A DNA stretch of 64,000 bases from Thalia democratica (lineage: Eukaryota), in the NCBI GenBank assembly GCA_965202585.1, contig OZ241827.1:90954001-91018000 (forward strand), written 5' to 3'. This document shows, piece by piece, positions 1 to 13,095 of this stretch. Within the stretch, counting starts at the first letter, position 1. Every line of letters begins with the position of its first letter. The translations under genes were made by a program, and so were the position numbers. The notes below the pieces were generated by a model that made no database searches, was not told the origin of the DNA, and worked only from the letters and a program-made list of their open reading frames with translations.

Positions 1-527
1 ATGGTGTTGTGGTTTTAAATCAAGTGTCCATCATGATTGTTGAATCATAAATAATTTAACTATGTACTGTACAATAATGTGTAAAAATAAAAAATAAAAT
101 TATATGTGATCATATTATTATATTTCATTATTTTATGTTTGTCTTAAAGCTAAGATATAACTTAATACATTCTAAGCGTTCATAACAAAAAATGTATTTT
201 GGGTTAAATATTTACTATAAATTATAATTAGTCCAGTATTGTTGAACACTATTCTAGATTTTAGGGACAAGTTAATCCCAACAGGCTTTTTACAAATTTC
301 ATCAGAGTTTTATGATTTCTTCCAGTTTTATCTATTAGCAAACTTTCTTGTGTCATTTAACTTAAATACAATTAATACTACTTAAAGTATACTTGACAAC
401 AAATTAAATTATTTTGTATTAATATATTTATCAAATGTCACAACTATCTACAACCAAAACTTTATCTGAATTGACTAAAATTCTATGTTGTTACTCAAAT
501 TTAAGGGTTAACTTTGGTTTTAATTTC

Positions 528-647
528 CTAAATCAAGTTTAAAAAGTGGGTCATGAGCTGCAAAGAGGCCATGTGGTGGGAGGAGGCAATAAGGGGGTTC
601 TTGGGCCAAACATTGAAATTGGACATTTGTTCAAATTCAATGTTTTC
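528..647 (-). other. Candidate exon of unknown product, present in all four copies
   Basis: GC-richer block after a conserved acceptor (tacag|G, tgcag|G in copy 4). Two frames are open: ENIEFEQMSNFNVWPKNPL...LNLI* or KTLNLNKCPISMFGPRTPLLPPPTTWPLCSS*. Confidence 0.4.
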
Positions 648-2943
648 CTGTATTCTGGGTAAAATATACATTACTAAACTACTCAAAATTAAATAGACAG
701 GGTAACACATAAAAATGTAATTGTAGACATAAATAACAATGTGAGCTTTTGTTTTTGCTTTTCCAGAAGCATTAGTTCAGATTCAACATACATCATACTG
801 TAGGTTACCATAAAAAAAAGTAATGTACAGGACTATCTGATCAGGGCTGTGAAGTTTTATTAGTCAAAAAACCTTACTTATGTAAGTATTTTAGAGGTAT
901 TTATTGCAAATAAAGAAAATGTTTATTATTAAAAATAAAATTTTATAAAACTTTTAATTATATTAGTATAAAAATGACTGAAAAACTTCAGTCTAATCCA
1001 CAACAATTTTAAAACTATTTTCGTTAATTTTTACTGTTATTTGAATAACTTGTTTTCATTATTTCGTTCTAAATTGAAACGTTCGTTTGTTTTATTCCTT
1101 TCCATTTTTTATTACAAAAAAAACTTATTAATGACTAAAACTACTTATTAAAGACTAAAACAAACTTAATGTTTTAACTCAAGCTTTAAATTTAAATTTT
1201 TATTTTTGCTTTTTAAATAGACAAAAAGATATATTCTTACAACCAAGATCATATCTAAACTAAACATTTACAGCTGCTAAATTTTATAATTAAAAGTTCT
1301 TAAGGTATTTGAACTTTTATATTACAATTTCTAATAGGATAAAGAAAATAATTCTTAAAATACAACATTTTACTTCTATAATCTCTTCAAGAGCGTAAAA
1401 CTAGAAAAATATTCATGAAATAAATAAAAAAGACAAACATATGTAATACATAAAAAGTTTTTCAATGCTCATAACATAAGATAAATGATAATACTATTAA
1501 GGTGTTATAAATAAAAGTTTTTTTAACATGTTAAGCTTAACAAAAAGATATAAAATATTATGTTGTCATTTTGAGTTTTAGTCAAAAAGTTTAAGTAATT
1601 ATCAAAAAAATTAAGTATTTGAACTAAAACTGCAAAAATAAATGTTACAAAATAAAACCAATTAAAGTTTTTTTTATTTCCTTTGAAACATTTAACTTTT
1701 TTTCATTTAAAGTATGTTTAAAAATAAAGAGTTACAAAAATTTGATATTATAATAAAATAGAAATAAATTGAAGAATTTTTTTGTTATATGATTAAAATA
1801 TGATAGTATAAATTTTGAACTGGTATAAACCAGTACATATTTTACAATGAAATTAAAATATAAGCTTTGTTATAACCGAGTGTTGTATATAAATTTGTAA
1901 AAGTATCTTATATAGTTTGGTATGTAAAAAATCAAAATGCACTTAACATTGGTTCAATTTATATAAACGTTTGATATAAAAAATATTCATTAAATAATGT
2001 TTTATCAAAAAGCTCATTATTTTATTTCAAACTTCTAAAAACTTAAAGCTTAAATTATTTTCATTTTTAGTAAATAATAATGATGATAATTATAGTTAAA
2101 ATTTAGGTGTCTGCAGTTTTTTGTAAGTAAAGATTTACTAACAAAAAACCTTTATTTTTATTGTAGCTTTAAGGATTATACTCAAAGTTTTTAATTCTAC
2201 TAAACTTTTTAAATATTTTATAATACTAAACAAGAAAAAAAAATGCTAGTAGCTCTTTGCTATTTGTGTTTATAAAGATACAAAAAAAGTTTGATTTTTT
2301 AACACAAAAAAACTTAGATTGACAATCAGGTTCTAAATTATAAAATATAAATGTTGGTAAGTTGCATTTGTATTTATCAAATAAAATTTCGAAATAAACT
2401 TAGTAAGTTTATGTTTGTGTTATGAAGCTATTTTAAATCAATTTTTAAATCAAGTTTCTTTTAAATATAAATATTTATGCTAATAAAATTATATTTATTA
2501 TTTCAAGACTTTATTATGCAAAATAATGTTCGGTCAAAGTCTAAATGCAAAAATAAAATTTAGATTTGCAAAAACTTTAATATTTCAAAAAGTTTTATTT
2601 CTAATTTTATATTTTACAGCAGATACACTTGGTTTTTCACTTAAAAATTTAGTCATTTTATGTGTAGTTTGAAAAAATGTTCATTAATTCAAATGTTATT
2701 CAGAAGATGTTTCCGCATAAAGCAATATAAGATTTAAAAGAAGTTTTTTTAGTATTGTCATTTGGGGTTACAGAAATAGATTTTGAATATTTTTTTAATA
2801 TAAATAAAGAAAAAAAGTTTGTTTCAGTATTGCGAGTTTTAAATTTATAAATAAAGTTGAGAAATTGTGGTCCAATTTTTACTCACAGAAACTTTTGACA
2901 AAATTGCCTATATCAATAAAATCAATTTAACTTTGTAGCTCTT

Positions 2944-5000
2944 AAACTTTGAATTTTAAAACGAATAAAGTTGTTGATAAAAGGAATAATCAAATTCAAT
3001 TACCTTTATTTGCGATTCCTTATGCTAAACATTATAATTTATTGACATAAACTTAGCTCAAAACTATATGGTAAACTATTTCTTGTAAAATACCTATTAA
3101 AAAGTTTAAAAAATTTTAAATTTCAAAGTAGTTTTTGAATTTAGTTTGTCTTAGTTGTTATTTGTGTAATTCTGAATTATAAATGTTATTTGCTCAGTAA
3201 ACCATAAAAACTTGTCCATTCTTGCATAAAAAAAATTCATTTCTAGCAAGACAACCACTACCTCTAAGGTAAGTAGAATATATATAGTAAAACTCCTGGT
3301 TTAATGCTTAATGTTTAATATAAGTGAAAAAAATCCTATATAAACCAGTAATAGATAGTGGTCTGGGTCATTTTAGCCACAGCCTACCGCAGGAAGCATG
3401 TTATTCCAAAATAGACATTTTATATGTTTAATTTTGTTGTGAACGATTATTTTTTAATGTTACTTCTTTAAGAAATTAATTTTGTAATTTAAGGAGTTAT
3501 TACTCATTTCAACTTTAAAATTCTCAAAGTAAAAATAAAACACTCAAAGTAAATTATAAGCATAAAGTGTTTTATTTTTACATCGTCCTTAATAGTTGTT
3601 AGTGTTTGAAACTGTTCTTTATACAATATGTAAATTCATTGTCATGCCTAGTTTTATATAGAGTAGCCCTAAGTAGTATTCAATGTTAGTATTAGTACAA
3701 ATTAGGTTTAATTTGAAACGGGTTTTAGTGTAGTTGTGTACCTAAGTATGACCTTGGAAAGTAATAAATTTATTAAATTTTCTTAGTTTAATTCTAATAA
3801 TAAACAATTCTATTGTATAGTTTTTTCATGTTGTGTAAAAATGTTAATTTTAATTTATTTATGCTTAACAAATCTAAATAAATATTTTAATTCATATAAT
3901 AAGACTTTTTAACTATTAAACGGAACATATCCAGAAAATTTAAGGTTTGTTTATCAAATATTTAAGCGAAAGAAGAATTTCTAAAGGTTTATTTAAAATT
4001 CAAATACCACAATAAAAATTTCGGAAATTTTCTACAAAACTGACTACATGTCAAAAATTATATATATTTTTATTCATAATAAAGCAGCTTACAGTATACA
4101 ACTATAGATTTTAGGCAAGAGTTTATGTTATATGTTCTAAAATTAAATGTTGGACTTCTTTGTAGTATTAATTAACTCACTAAAAACTTTGAATTTTAAA
4201 ACGACCAAAGTCGTTGATGAAAGGAATAATCAAATTTAATCACCTTGCTTCCTTATGCTAAACATTATAATTTATTGACATAAACTTAGCTCGAAACTAT
4301 ATGGTAATTTATTTCTTGTACAATACCTATTGAAAAGTTTAAGATTTTTTAAATTTTAAAGTTGATGTTGAATTTAGTTTTTCTTAGTTGTTATTTGTGT
4401 AATTCTGAATTATTAATGTTATGTGCTCAGTGAACCTTAAAAACTTGTCCATTCTTGCATAAAAAAAAACTTTATTTCCAGCAAGTCAACCAATACCTCT
4501 AAGGTAAGGAGAATATAAACAGTCAAATTCTTGATTTAATGTTGAATGTTGAATATAAGTGAAAAAAATCTATATAAACCAGTAATAGATAGTGGTCTGG
4601 GTCATTTTAGCTACAGCCTGCTGCAGGAAGCATGTTATTTCAAAATACACATTTATATTATTTGATTTGGTTGTGTACAATATTTTTAATGTTTCTTCAT
4701 TAAGAAATTAATTTTATAATTTAAGCAGTTATCACTTATTTCAACTTTAAAATTCTTAGTGAAAAAACAATAACACTCAAAGTAAATTATGAGCATAAAG
4801 TGTTTTATTTTTACATGGTCCTTAATAGTTATTAGTGTTTGAAACTGTTCTTGAATACAATATGTAAAATCATTATGATGTCTAGTTTTATTTAGAGTAG
4901 TTCTAAGTACTACATAATATTAATATTAGTGTAGTTTAGATTATAACTAACTATGGTTTTAAGTGTGGTTGTATACCTAAGTATGACCTTGCAAGGTTAT
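2944..5000. repeat. Older internal direct duplication: ~820-bp blocks at 2944-3765 and 4184-5000, present in every full unit
   Basis: Shared start aaactttgaattttaaaacga and shared end cctaagtatgaccttg; period 1240 bp; visibly diverged with indels. Confidence 0.92.
3247..3268 (+). other. Candidate 22-nt micro-exon (paralogue 4482-4503; copies 23324-23345 and 43348-43369)
   Basis: catttctag|CAAGACAACCACTACCTCTAAG|gtaagt and tttatttccag|CAAGTCAACCAATACCTCTAAG|gtaagg. Consensus splice sites are kept in both diverged paralogues. Confidence 0.5.
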
Positions 5001-8000
5001 AAAATTTAGTATTTAAGGAGTTTTACTATACAGTTTTTTTATAATTTATTTGACTAGTTTGTATGTATTATATTAATTTTTTCTTTAAGCTAACACACAA
5101 TTAGTGTAAATCTACATGTAACATAACCTTTGTACTTACTACCTTTATAATATTTATAATATATTATAATAGTATGATTTAGCTTGCTGATGTTCAAAAA
5201 AAAAAATTATAACAGTGATAGGCAATACTTTGCGGGTAGGGAAACTATTAGAAGAAATCTTTCGCATATTGGATTTTTAAAAAAAGCTACAGGTTACTTA
5301 ATTTTGTATATTTTAATACAAAACTTGTAGAAACTCATTAAAAGCAAGTTTGTAACGGACAAACAGTAAAATAAGTGCCAGTGTGTAATAAAAATTAAAC
5401 GAAAAGTACATAACTAAGTGTTTTCGTTATCTAAAGCTCAAAATTAATAAAAGCACACAAGATACTTCAACGATAAAAGATCTTTGCCACATGAAAAGTT
5501 TTTGTAAAAGCCATACGTCGCCCAACCGGAATTTACAATCTAACTTTAGTAAAGATGTTTAAAACAAATAGGCTTAGCAATAAAACTAGAAACTGCTGTT
5601 TTATCCAAGTTTACACTCATATACTAGTTTATTGGTATGTATAAAATTAGTAGGGTAAATAAATTTGCGGATAAAACTAAAATAATTGTGCTGACTAGGT
5701 AAAAATAAAAGCAGTTAAAAACAATTTAAAGCGTTTAATGCAGAAATAAAATGTTAAATTGAGTTGTAAACTTTTACAATTGAGTTCTCTTAATATTTGA
5801 TCTTAAAATTTAACACTATTTTTTACTAAAACTATAATTACTTTTTGGATTTCTATTGTATATCTAACCACATCATTCTAAAAAACATCTCTTGAAAGTT
5901 CGTTCAATATTTCAGTTTAATTTTGTTTTTAGTTTTAATACTAAACTAAATTACATATATTTTATTTATTTTATTTAATTAACATCAAATGGTTCAATTA
6001 TCTTTACATTACTGATAAAAACATATAGCAGTTTAATTACTAATGACATTAAAAAAAGTATCCAATAATTAACATATACACTAAATATAGTTTAATAAAA
6101 GTGTTTTAATACATACTAATATTGATATTTACATCTGAAATTGTACATCTAAACACAATATAAACTTGTTATTTGCTTTTATTAATTTACACTTTAACAT
6201 GTTATCCTAGCTTAAGCTTGTTTTTAAAAATGTTTTTAGCCGCTTTAGTAAAACACTTTGGTACTTTTATGATTTTTTCACAAAACATTGACCGAATTCA
6301 GTTTATGTTAAAAAAAATCAAAGTAAGTAGTTGGCTTCGTTTTAAATAATGTTTGAAAAATTTATTAAACATTTTAAATCGTTTCAAAACTAGAATTAAA
6401 TCAAAACTTATATTATGTACCTTTGTCTTTAGATATAAGAAGAGTGTCCTGTATAGTTTTAGTGTTAACCAAATAATATGAAAATAAAGCGTTTTTTACA
6501 TTATTATAAAAGAATATTGATTATAGCTAACATTGTTTAGCTAACAGCTAATTAAAGCAAAACAACCACAGTTGATTTAGTTTTCAGTTATCAACAGTGC
6601 TAGTTTAAACTTATCAATTTTTATGTTTGCTTTAAAAGTTTTAAGTAGTGTTTATAAATTATTTAATTTTCTAAAGCTAATAACAAAACCAATTTATATC
6701 GCAAGAAAAAGCCATATTAAGATAATATGGTATAAATATGAACTAACCAAAGTACATAATAATAGAACATATTTTGATATTACCAAAAAACTTTTTCTGG
6801 CAGGATTGTATAATATAAACCAGAATGTACAAGTTCATAATTTGAAAAAAATGTAGAGATGGTATAATGCACTGTATACAAATTAATTCAATTTATTTTA
6901 TTTATTCAAACATATGCTTTAATGTTTGATACGTCAAACATTAAATTAAGTTATCTTTAAATTTATGACGAAAACTTGTTATTTTTATTAATGACTCGAT
7001 AACCGAAACGTTTTTCTTACTCCAAATCCAAGCTTTTGAAAATTTTTGGTCGTAAAGAAAAATATAAGACTTTTGATATAATGTCAACTGATTCTTTAAA
7101 AAAAGTTGAAAGTTTAATTTCTAACACAGTCAAGAGAAAATACATTAAGTTTATTATTACTTAAAACAACTTTGTGGTAAAACAAAATGTTACAAAGTTA
7201 AAATTTTAAAATTAACATACAAACATTAGCTAAAAATATAAGTTGATGTCAAAGTTAAAAGCTATAACAAAACTCATACATACACATATTTTATCAAAAA
7301 TTAGATATTACTTTAACAAAACAAAAACTTATTTGAAACTTATAGTATACCTTAAACTTATTGTAAGATGTGTTCTGTTTTACATCAGTCTAAAATACCC
7401 CAAGCATGCATTCAAGTCAGTGTAGAAAGAAAAATTACTTTTTTTTCATTTTTTTATAGAAAGTTTTTACTTTTTGAAATTGATACTTAACTAATAACTT
7501 AAGATGTAAATAGTTCTTGTTCCTATTGTATTTTAGACAGCCTTTCTTAAGTGTTCTAGCAACGCTATTAATATGTTCGGTACTTCAGAAATTTTTAACT
7601 TGTTTAATTTCAACAATTTAATAATGCTTTGCTCAACATAAAAAGATATATTCCAAACTATAGCTTTTATAAAGTTCTTTGCGTTTTTACTTGATAAGGA
7701 AAAAGCACAATTTAGTTTTCTTTTCTAGATTTATTATTATTTTTTAATTTTCAGTTTAAGTTACATTAGAAAAGGACTTTTAATTCTCCTAATAATTCAA
7801 TATTACCTATAAGATAATTGGAAAACTACCAACGTTTGGTTATAGAATTCATTTAAATATTAACTTGTTCTAAACAACTGAAAATTATTTATTTGCAAAA
7901 AATATACAAAAACAAACAATGCTAAATAAATAACCTATAATTTTGGTATAAAAACAATAATAAATTACAACTTTTCTAATACACATTATTTTTTAAATCT

Positions 8001-10887
8001 TCTAAGGCTATGACACCATTTAGCACTGAGAACGCATACTGTTCTAATTCATCAACTTTTCCCCGGTTTATAAATTTTAAGCCGGTTTATATCAACTCCA
8101 AATTAAAGCTTCAAAACTCAAGTTGCATTTTCTGTTCCTTAAGAAATTTCTTATTTTTGTTTTTATTTGATAAAACATTTCTTTTTTTAAACAACCGCTC
8201 CGTCATTACAAACTTCAAAAGTATTAATTTTTTACAATTTTTTGTTGAAAAATGTTGTGTACACAAATTGCGCTATAAAATTGCAAAAAATATTCTTGGA
8301 TTAATACTCAGCAAAATCAGTTCAATTTTTTTTTTAAATGAAAACCTAATCTAGTATATAAATGATAAATTTTTTATATAGTATTGCACTTGTATTGTTT
8401 GATTTCAAACTTTATATAGTTTAAATAAGACCAGCACGAATCTGTTTAAATATATAAATTATGCCAGTTATCTCCAATCCTATATAAAGATAATAAGGGA
8501 AGGCTTTAAATAATCAACTTACACTTCAAGCTTGTATATATTTTGTCCTGATTATTTTTATGTTAAAAAGTTATGTACTTAATTTTAGTAAGTTTCAAAA
8601 ATAAAAATAATTTTTTTTCAAAATATATTGAAGTTTTTTTGTAAGATATAGAAAAAAACTATATATATTTATTCTTTTTGACTGTAGAAAGGTTTTTTTG
8701 TTGTAAGTTTTTTCAATTTTTAAAAAACTTTTGGACTCATAGAAACTAGCTAAATTAAAATTATACAGTTATAACTGTTTAGTAATTAACAGGATTCAAA
8801 ATTGTCTATATAATCAGTTTACAAACAAAACTATCAAACTTTAACTGCTGAAACCAGGTCTTAATGGTAAAAACTAATTATACTTTAATATTAGTACTTT
8901 TTGAGCAATATTTAATTCAAGACTTCTAAAAATAACAAAACTACTATCGAGATTTAATACAAGGTGATTAAAACAAACTTATAGATCTAAGACATATCTT
9001 TTAATTTTAAGTTTGTTTAAAAGTAAAATTTAACTTAGCATTCAGCTTTTATGTACTAACTAAAATTTAAAAATAAAAATAATGAACACTATAAAATAAA
9101 ATAACAAGATACTTTTAACTTAGTTTTAATTTAGTTGTTTCTAATAAAAGTACAGAGTAGAGAACTTTGAGTTTATATAAAAAGTAAAACTTTTTTATTG
9201 AGATTTTTATTTACCAAAAAACTAAAATTTGTATATTTGGTGATGTTGTTGAACTAAATAATATAGTATAGTATTATATATATAATAAAAAAAAAGTGGC
9301 AGCATTTAATATTTATTTAGCATGAAAATAAACAAATCACAACTAGTAAATAATCACAAAGTTAAGGAAACTCCTATACATATTTACATGGAAAAAAGTA
9401 TTCTCAATTATCTACTAATCAAAATACTTAGTTAGCTGTGTTTTAAAATATAAAGCCGTTATTCTTTATAAATCAGAACTGATGAAAAAAAGGAAGCATT
9501 AAATAAAACAGTAAATAAATTTAATTGTTTTTTAAATTATACTATTATTAGTTCATTTCTTATAAAGCTGCTAAATTTTAAATATGCATTTAATTAAGCA
9601 CAAGAAAACAAAAATCCAAAACAAAAGTTAGTTGGGGTAGTTTAAAAAAATTAACATAAATTACTATGTGATAAAAAAAAGGTAACTCAACATTAAGCTG
9701 TAAAAGTTGAACTAACTGTAATATAAGAAACAAGAGAATTTATTTTAAATTTATTGTTATTACAACAGTATCTCAGATTACTTTTGTATTCAAAAGCAAG
9801 ATATTTAATATAACAAACTTATTAGGCTTTGTTTGCTACATTTGGAACTGTACATTAAATGAGTTTAAATAACATTTAATGATAATATGAGAAAAATTTC
9901 AACATTTTCGATAATAGCAAAAAGTAGCTGAAGAAATAGTAAGTTTTTAAGTATTATGAATTTAAAAAAAATTAAAGAAGCTAGTAATTTGTTTCTTAGT
10001 TAGTTTTTAGATCATGCTTATTTATAAGCGAAAAACTATTAATTTAAAAAATATTATTTTCTTGTACTATTAAAAACTCACTATGTTTCACAATAGAATG
10101 AATCTAAATTAATACTTATATCAAGTAGTTATTAAAACTAAATTTTTTAAATTTGTTTTGCATAATCATTTGCCTTGAAGCTCAAATGGAAAAAAAAAAC
10201 AAAAATACAAATAAAATTAAGCAAATTAAAAAAACTAAAAATAAACGAAGTTTCACAAATATTTATTAATAAAATAATAGGAAATAATGTTATAAGAAAA
10301 TAAGATCGATTCATCCTAAGAAAACAATAAGGTTTGCAAATATTATATAAGTTACACAAAGGACTTCAAACTTTTCACCTTACAAATTCACATATTTTTA
10401 TGTATGTTTATAAATGTTAAAAAACAGCACTTTATCAAACCTAACTTAATGCATAGTCATAAGAGCAGTTATAAATAAATTTACTAATTAATCTTTACTC
10501 AACTTAAGTACTAATAACTTAATTTTCATTACAAAAGACCTCAATATAATTTTTTTCAATAATCTTAGTAATTTATTACTGTATATACTATATAAATCAA
10601 AATAGTTTGCCTAAAAAGTACCGCACATTTTTTTTTTAATTATAACATGTAAGGGACTATAAATTAAATCTTGGTAGAGATATGTAGTAAAATTATAACT
10701 AAGTTTGTCTTATTTATTTTCATATTAGCTGTAATTGTAGTTACTAAAACACATATTAAAAGTTTATATACAATACAAAAAAACATTACAAAATAATAAA
10801 TAAAGTAAACAAAGTGGACATGATATGATTAATAGTACAAAAAATAGCTAAAAAATAATATAAGTTTGTATAATGTAATAATCTAAC

Positions 10888-10976
10888 CTAACAGCAACTG
10901 AGGAGCTCTGTACCACAGTGTTACCACATTGTTTGGATACCTATTCTCTTCACCTTCTTTGCAAACTGTGAACGGT
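10888..10976 (-). pseudogene. CDK9: Isolated 89-nt exon encoding a CDK9-like kinase activation segment (subdomain VII-VIII), copy 1
   Basis: Minus strand cttatttcag|A CCG TTC...TTG CTG TTA G|gttagat gives (R)PFTVCKEGEENRYPNNVVTLWYRAPQLLL(G). This aligns without gaps to the CDK9 segment [31 protein letters not shown] (recalled from memory). The other two frames contain stops. Subfamily assignment is less certain than the CDK call. Confidence 0.8.
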
Positions 10977-11220
10977 CTGAAATAAGCATTATTTATATGC
11001 TTTGTAGTTGTATTTAGTTATTTTATTATATATGTTGTATAATGTTTGTGTATCTACTTGACTCTCCCTTCTTTACAGCTCTTAACCATTGGAATCTTAC
11101 AAAGTTTGTAAATATAAATTTGATGTATTGTTAGCATAGTAACGAAAGAGATAGAAAAATGTTAAAATGCATTTGAAAGAGTAAATTACGTAAGATGAAA
11201 GTTTAAGTGAAAAAAAAAAT

Positions 11221-11400
11221 TTGGCTCAGTATTAAGCCGGGCTAAACCTTTAGGGTGGAGGCGGGGACGTGGTGGCCCAAACAGCGACATCGTGCGGTGA
11301 AAAAAACAGTAAACCTTTTTAATCATTATTTTTTTCTTAAACCAAATCTGTGCAACCTCAGACAAACCTAGGGACTCTGTTGCGCCACCTAGCGGATAAA
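11221..11400. promoter_or_regulatory. GC/CpG-rich island, candidate promoter or first exon, about 250-420 bp upstream of the kinase exon (copies at 32539-32715 and 52486-52653)
   Basis: Local GC far above background; GC-box-like GGAGGCGGGG; GCGCCACCTAGCGG at 11382-11395; minus-strand donor-like sites aaag|gtttag and ctag|gtttgt. Confidence 0.4.
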
Positions 11401-13095
11401 AGTTTTGTTTAAACTGAATTTATAGCTATAATTTTTTTATTTTTCTTATAGCTTTTAGATCTTAATTTTTTGTATGATTCTTTTTATTCTAACGGCTTCA
11501 AACATATTTTACTTAACATACCGCACAGAGTGAAAGTAAAGTCTCAACTTTAATAATTTTACACCAATAATTAAAATAGCCATACGAATAAATAAAACAT
11601 GTAATCTTATTAAGTTTAAAAGAAAATGCTGGAGGTTTTCGTGTAAACTTTTCTTTTTTTTGTTTAAAATGTTTGTTTTCAGTAAAAAAAATCTTATTGA
11701 CAATTTCAACTAGTTTTGCGTAACTGTTTAATAATTGATCCGAAAAAATATTAGTTATTAATGTAACAGTCTTATGATAACTTGATTCTAACTATTTTTG
11801 TTTTTCTTAGTTTTAGTCATACAAAACTCCTTATAAGTCATATTACAAATTAGTTTAAGAAATACTTAAGATTTTTTCGCTAAAAATTTTGAAAAAAACT
11901 TTTAAGGTTTGATTTAATTAAGATTTACTCTAACTTTTGTAAAATACATGTTGTTTTGGATGCTAAAGTTCAGCATATTAATTAACAGTTGAAATAAATA
12001 CTATCGCTAAATATGAGAAAGCATGTATAGCATCTGCTACTGCTTTGTTCTAAAGCAGTTGATATCTTAAAATAAGTTGTCTTTCTAAGTATGAACTTTC
12101 CAAAACTTCAACATTAAAATAACACTTTTTCAAAGCTTACGTTAGTGTAAATGTTTTAGAATGTTGCAGTTTCATAAAAACTCGACATATAAAAGAAATG
12201 TTTATATTTCAAGTGTTTATAACAGGCATTAACTTGTTTTTGAATGAAATAATAAAAGACTGGTTAAATTTTTTCAAAGATTAGCTAAAAATGATACCTT
12301 TTAACTTATGTTACTATATAACACTTTAATTGATACTTTTAAAAACACATAGATGTCAATGCAGGACTGTTTTAAACTTAACTGTTTTTTATCTAAAAAT
12401 AACAGTTAATACTTCATTAAACTGATCTACTTCAAGATAAATAGTTTTAAACTACTTATGTGCAGTTATCAATAAAATTTCGTTTACTGTCCGACAAAAT
12501 GTAGATCATTTGCATTATTTAACAATCGAGTGGTTTGTGTAAGTTAAAGTTTTTAAAAACAATTAATAATGATTTTAAATAATCTGAATGTTTTAAAAGA
12601 TTTCTATTAGAATATACGTAATTATATACATAACATAATGGTTCTGTTTGACAAAACAATATATTAACAACTTTAGTTCGCTTACAATTTTAATGTAGCG
12701 CAAATGATTATTTGATGAAAAAATAAAGTGTTAGTTAATTTAAATCAAGCGTATATAACCAAACTTATAAAGACTCATATTTTATGATAATAGCTTAGTT
12801 AGTTGAATAACATTGTTGTTGGTAAGTATCACATAGTTACAAAAGAATAGTCTACTTTGCAACTCAACCCAGAATAACCAACTATTTGCAGATGAAATTG
12901 TATTTCATCAAAAGTTTATAGTGTTTGTGTTGCCGACACATTTAAATGATGTTTTGAAAACAGTTATGTATGTTACAGCTTAAATCATGTATCACGTTGT
13001 TTCAAATTGTTTTAAGGAAAATATCAGTCTAAATCTGTCAGTAATGTAAGTATGAATGCAATGTCAATTTCGTTATAAGAATTACAGTACATTAA

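Noticed and set aside
11222-11240. tRNA A-box-like TGGCTCAGT
   Set aside because: No B box or cloverleaf.
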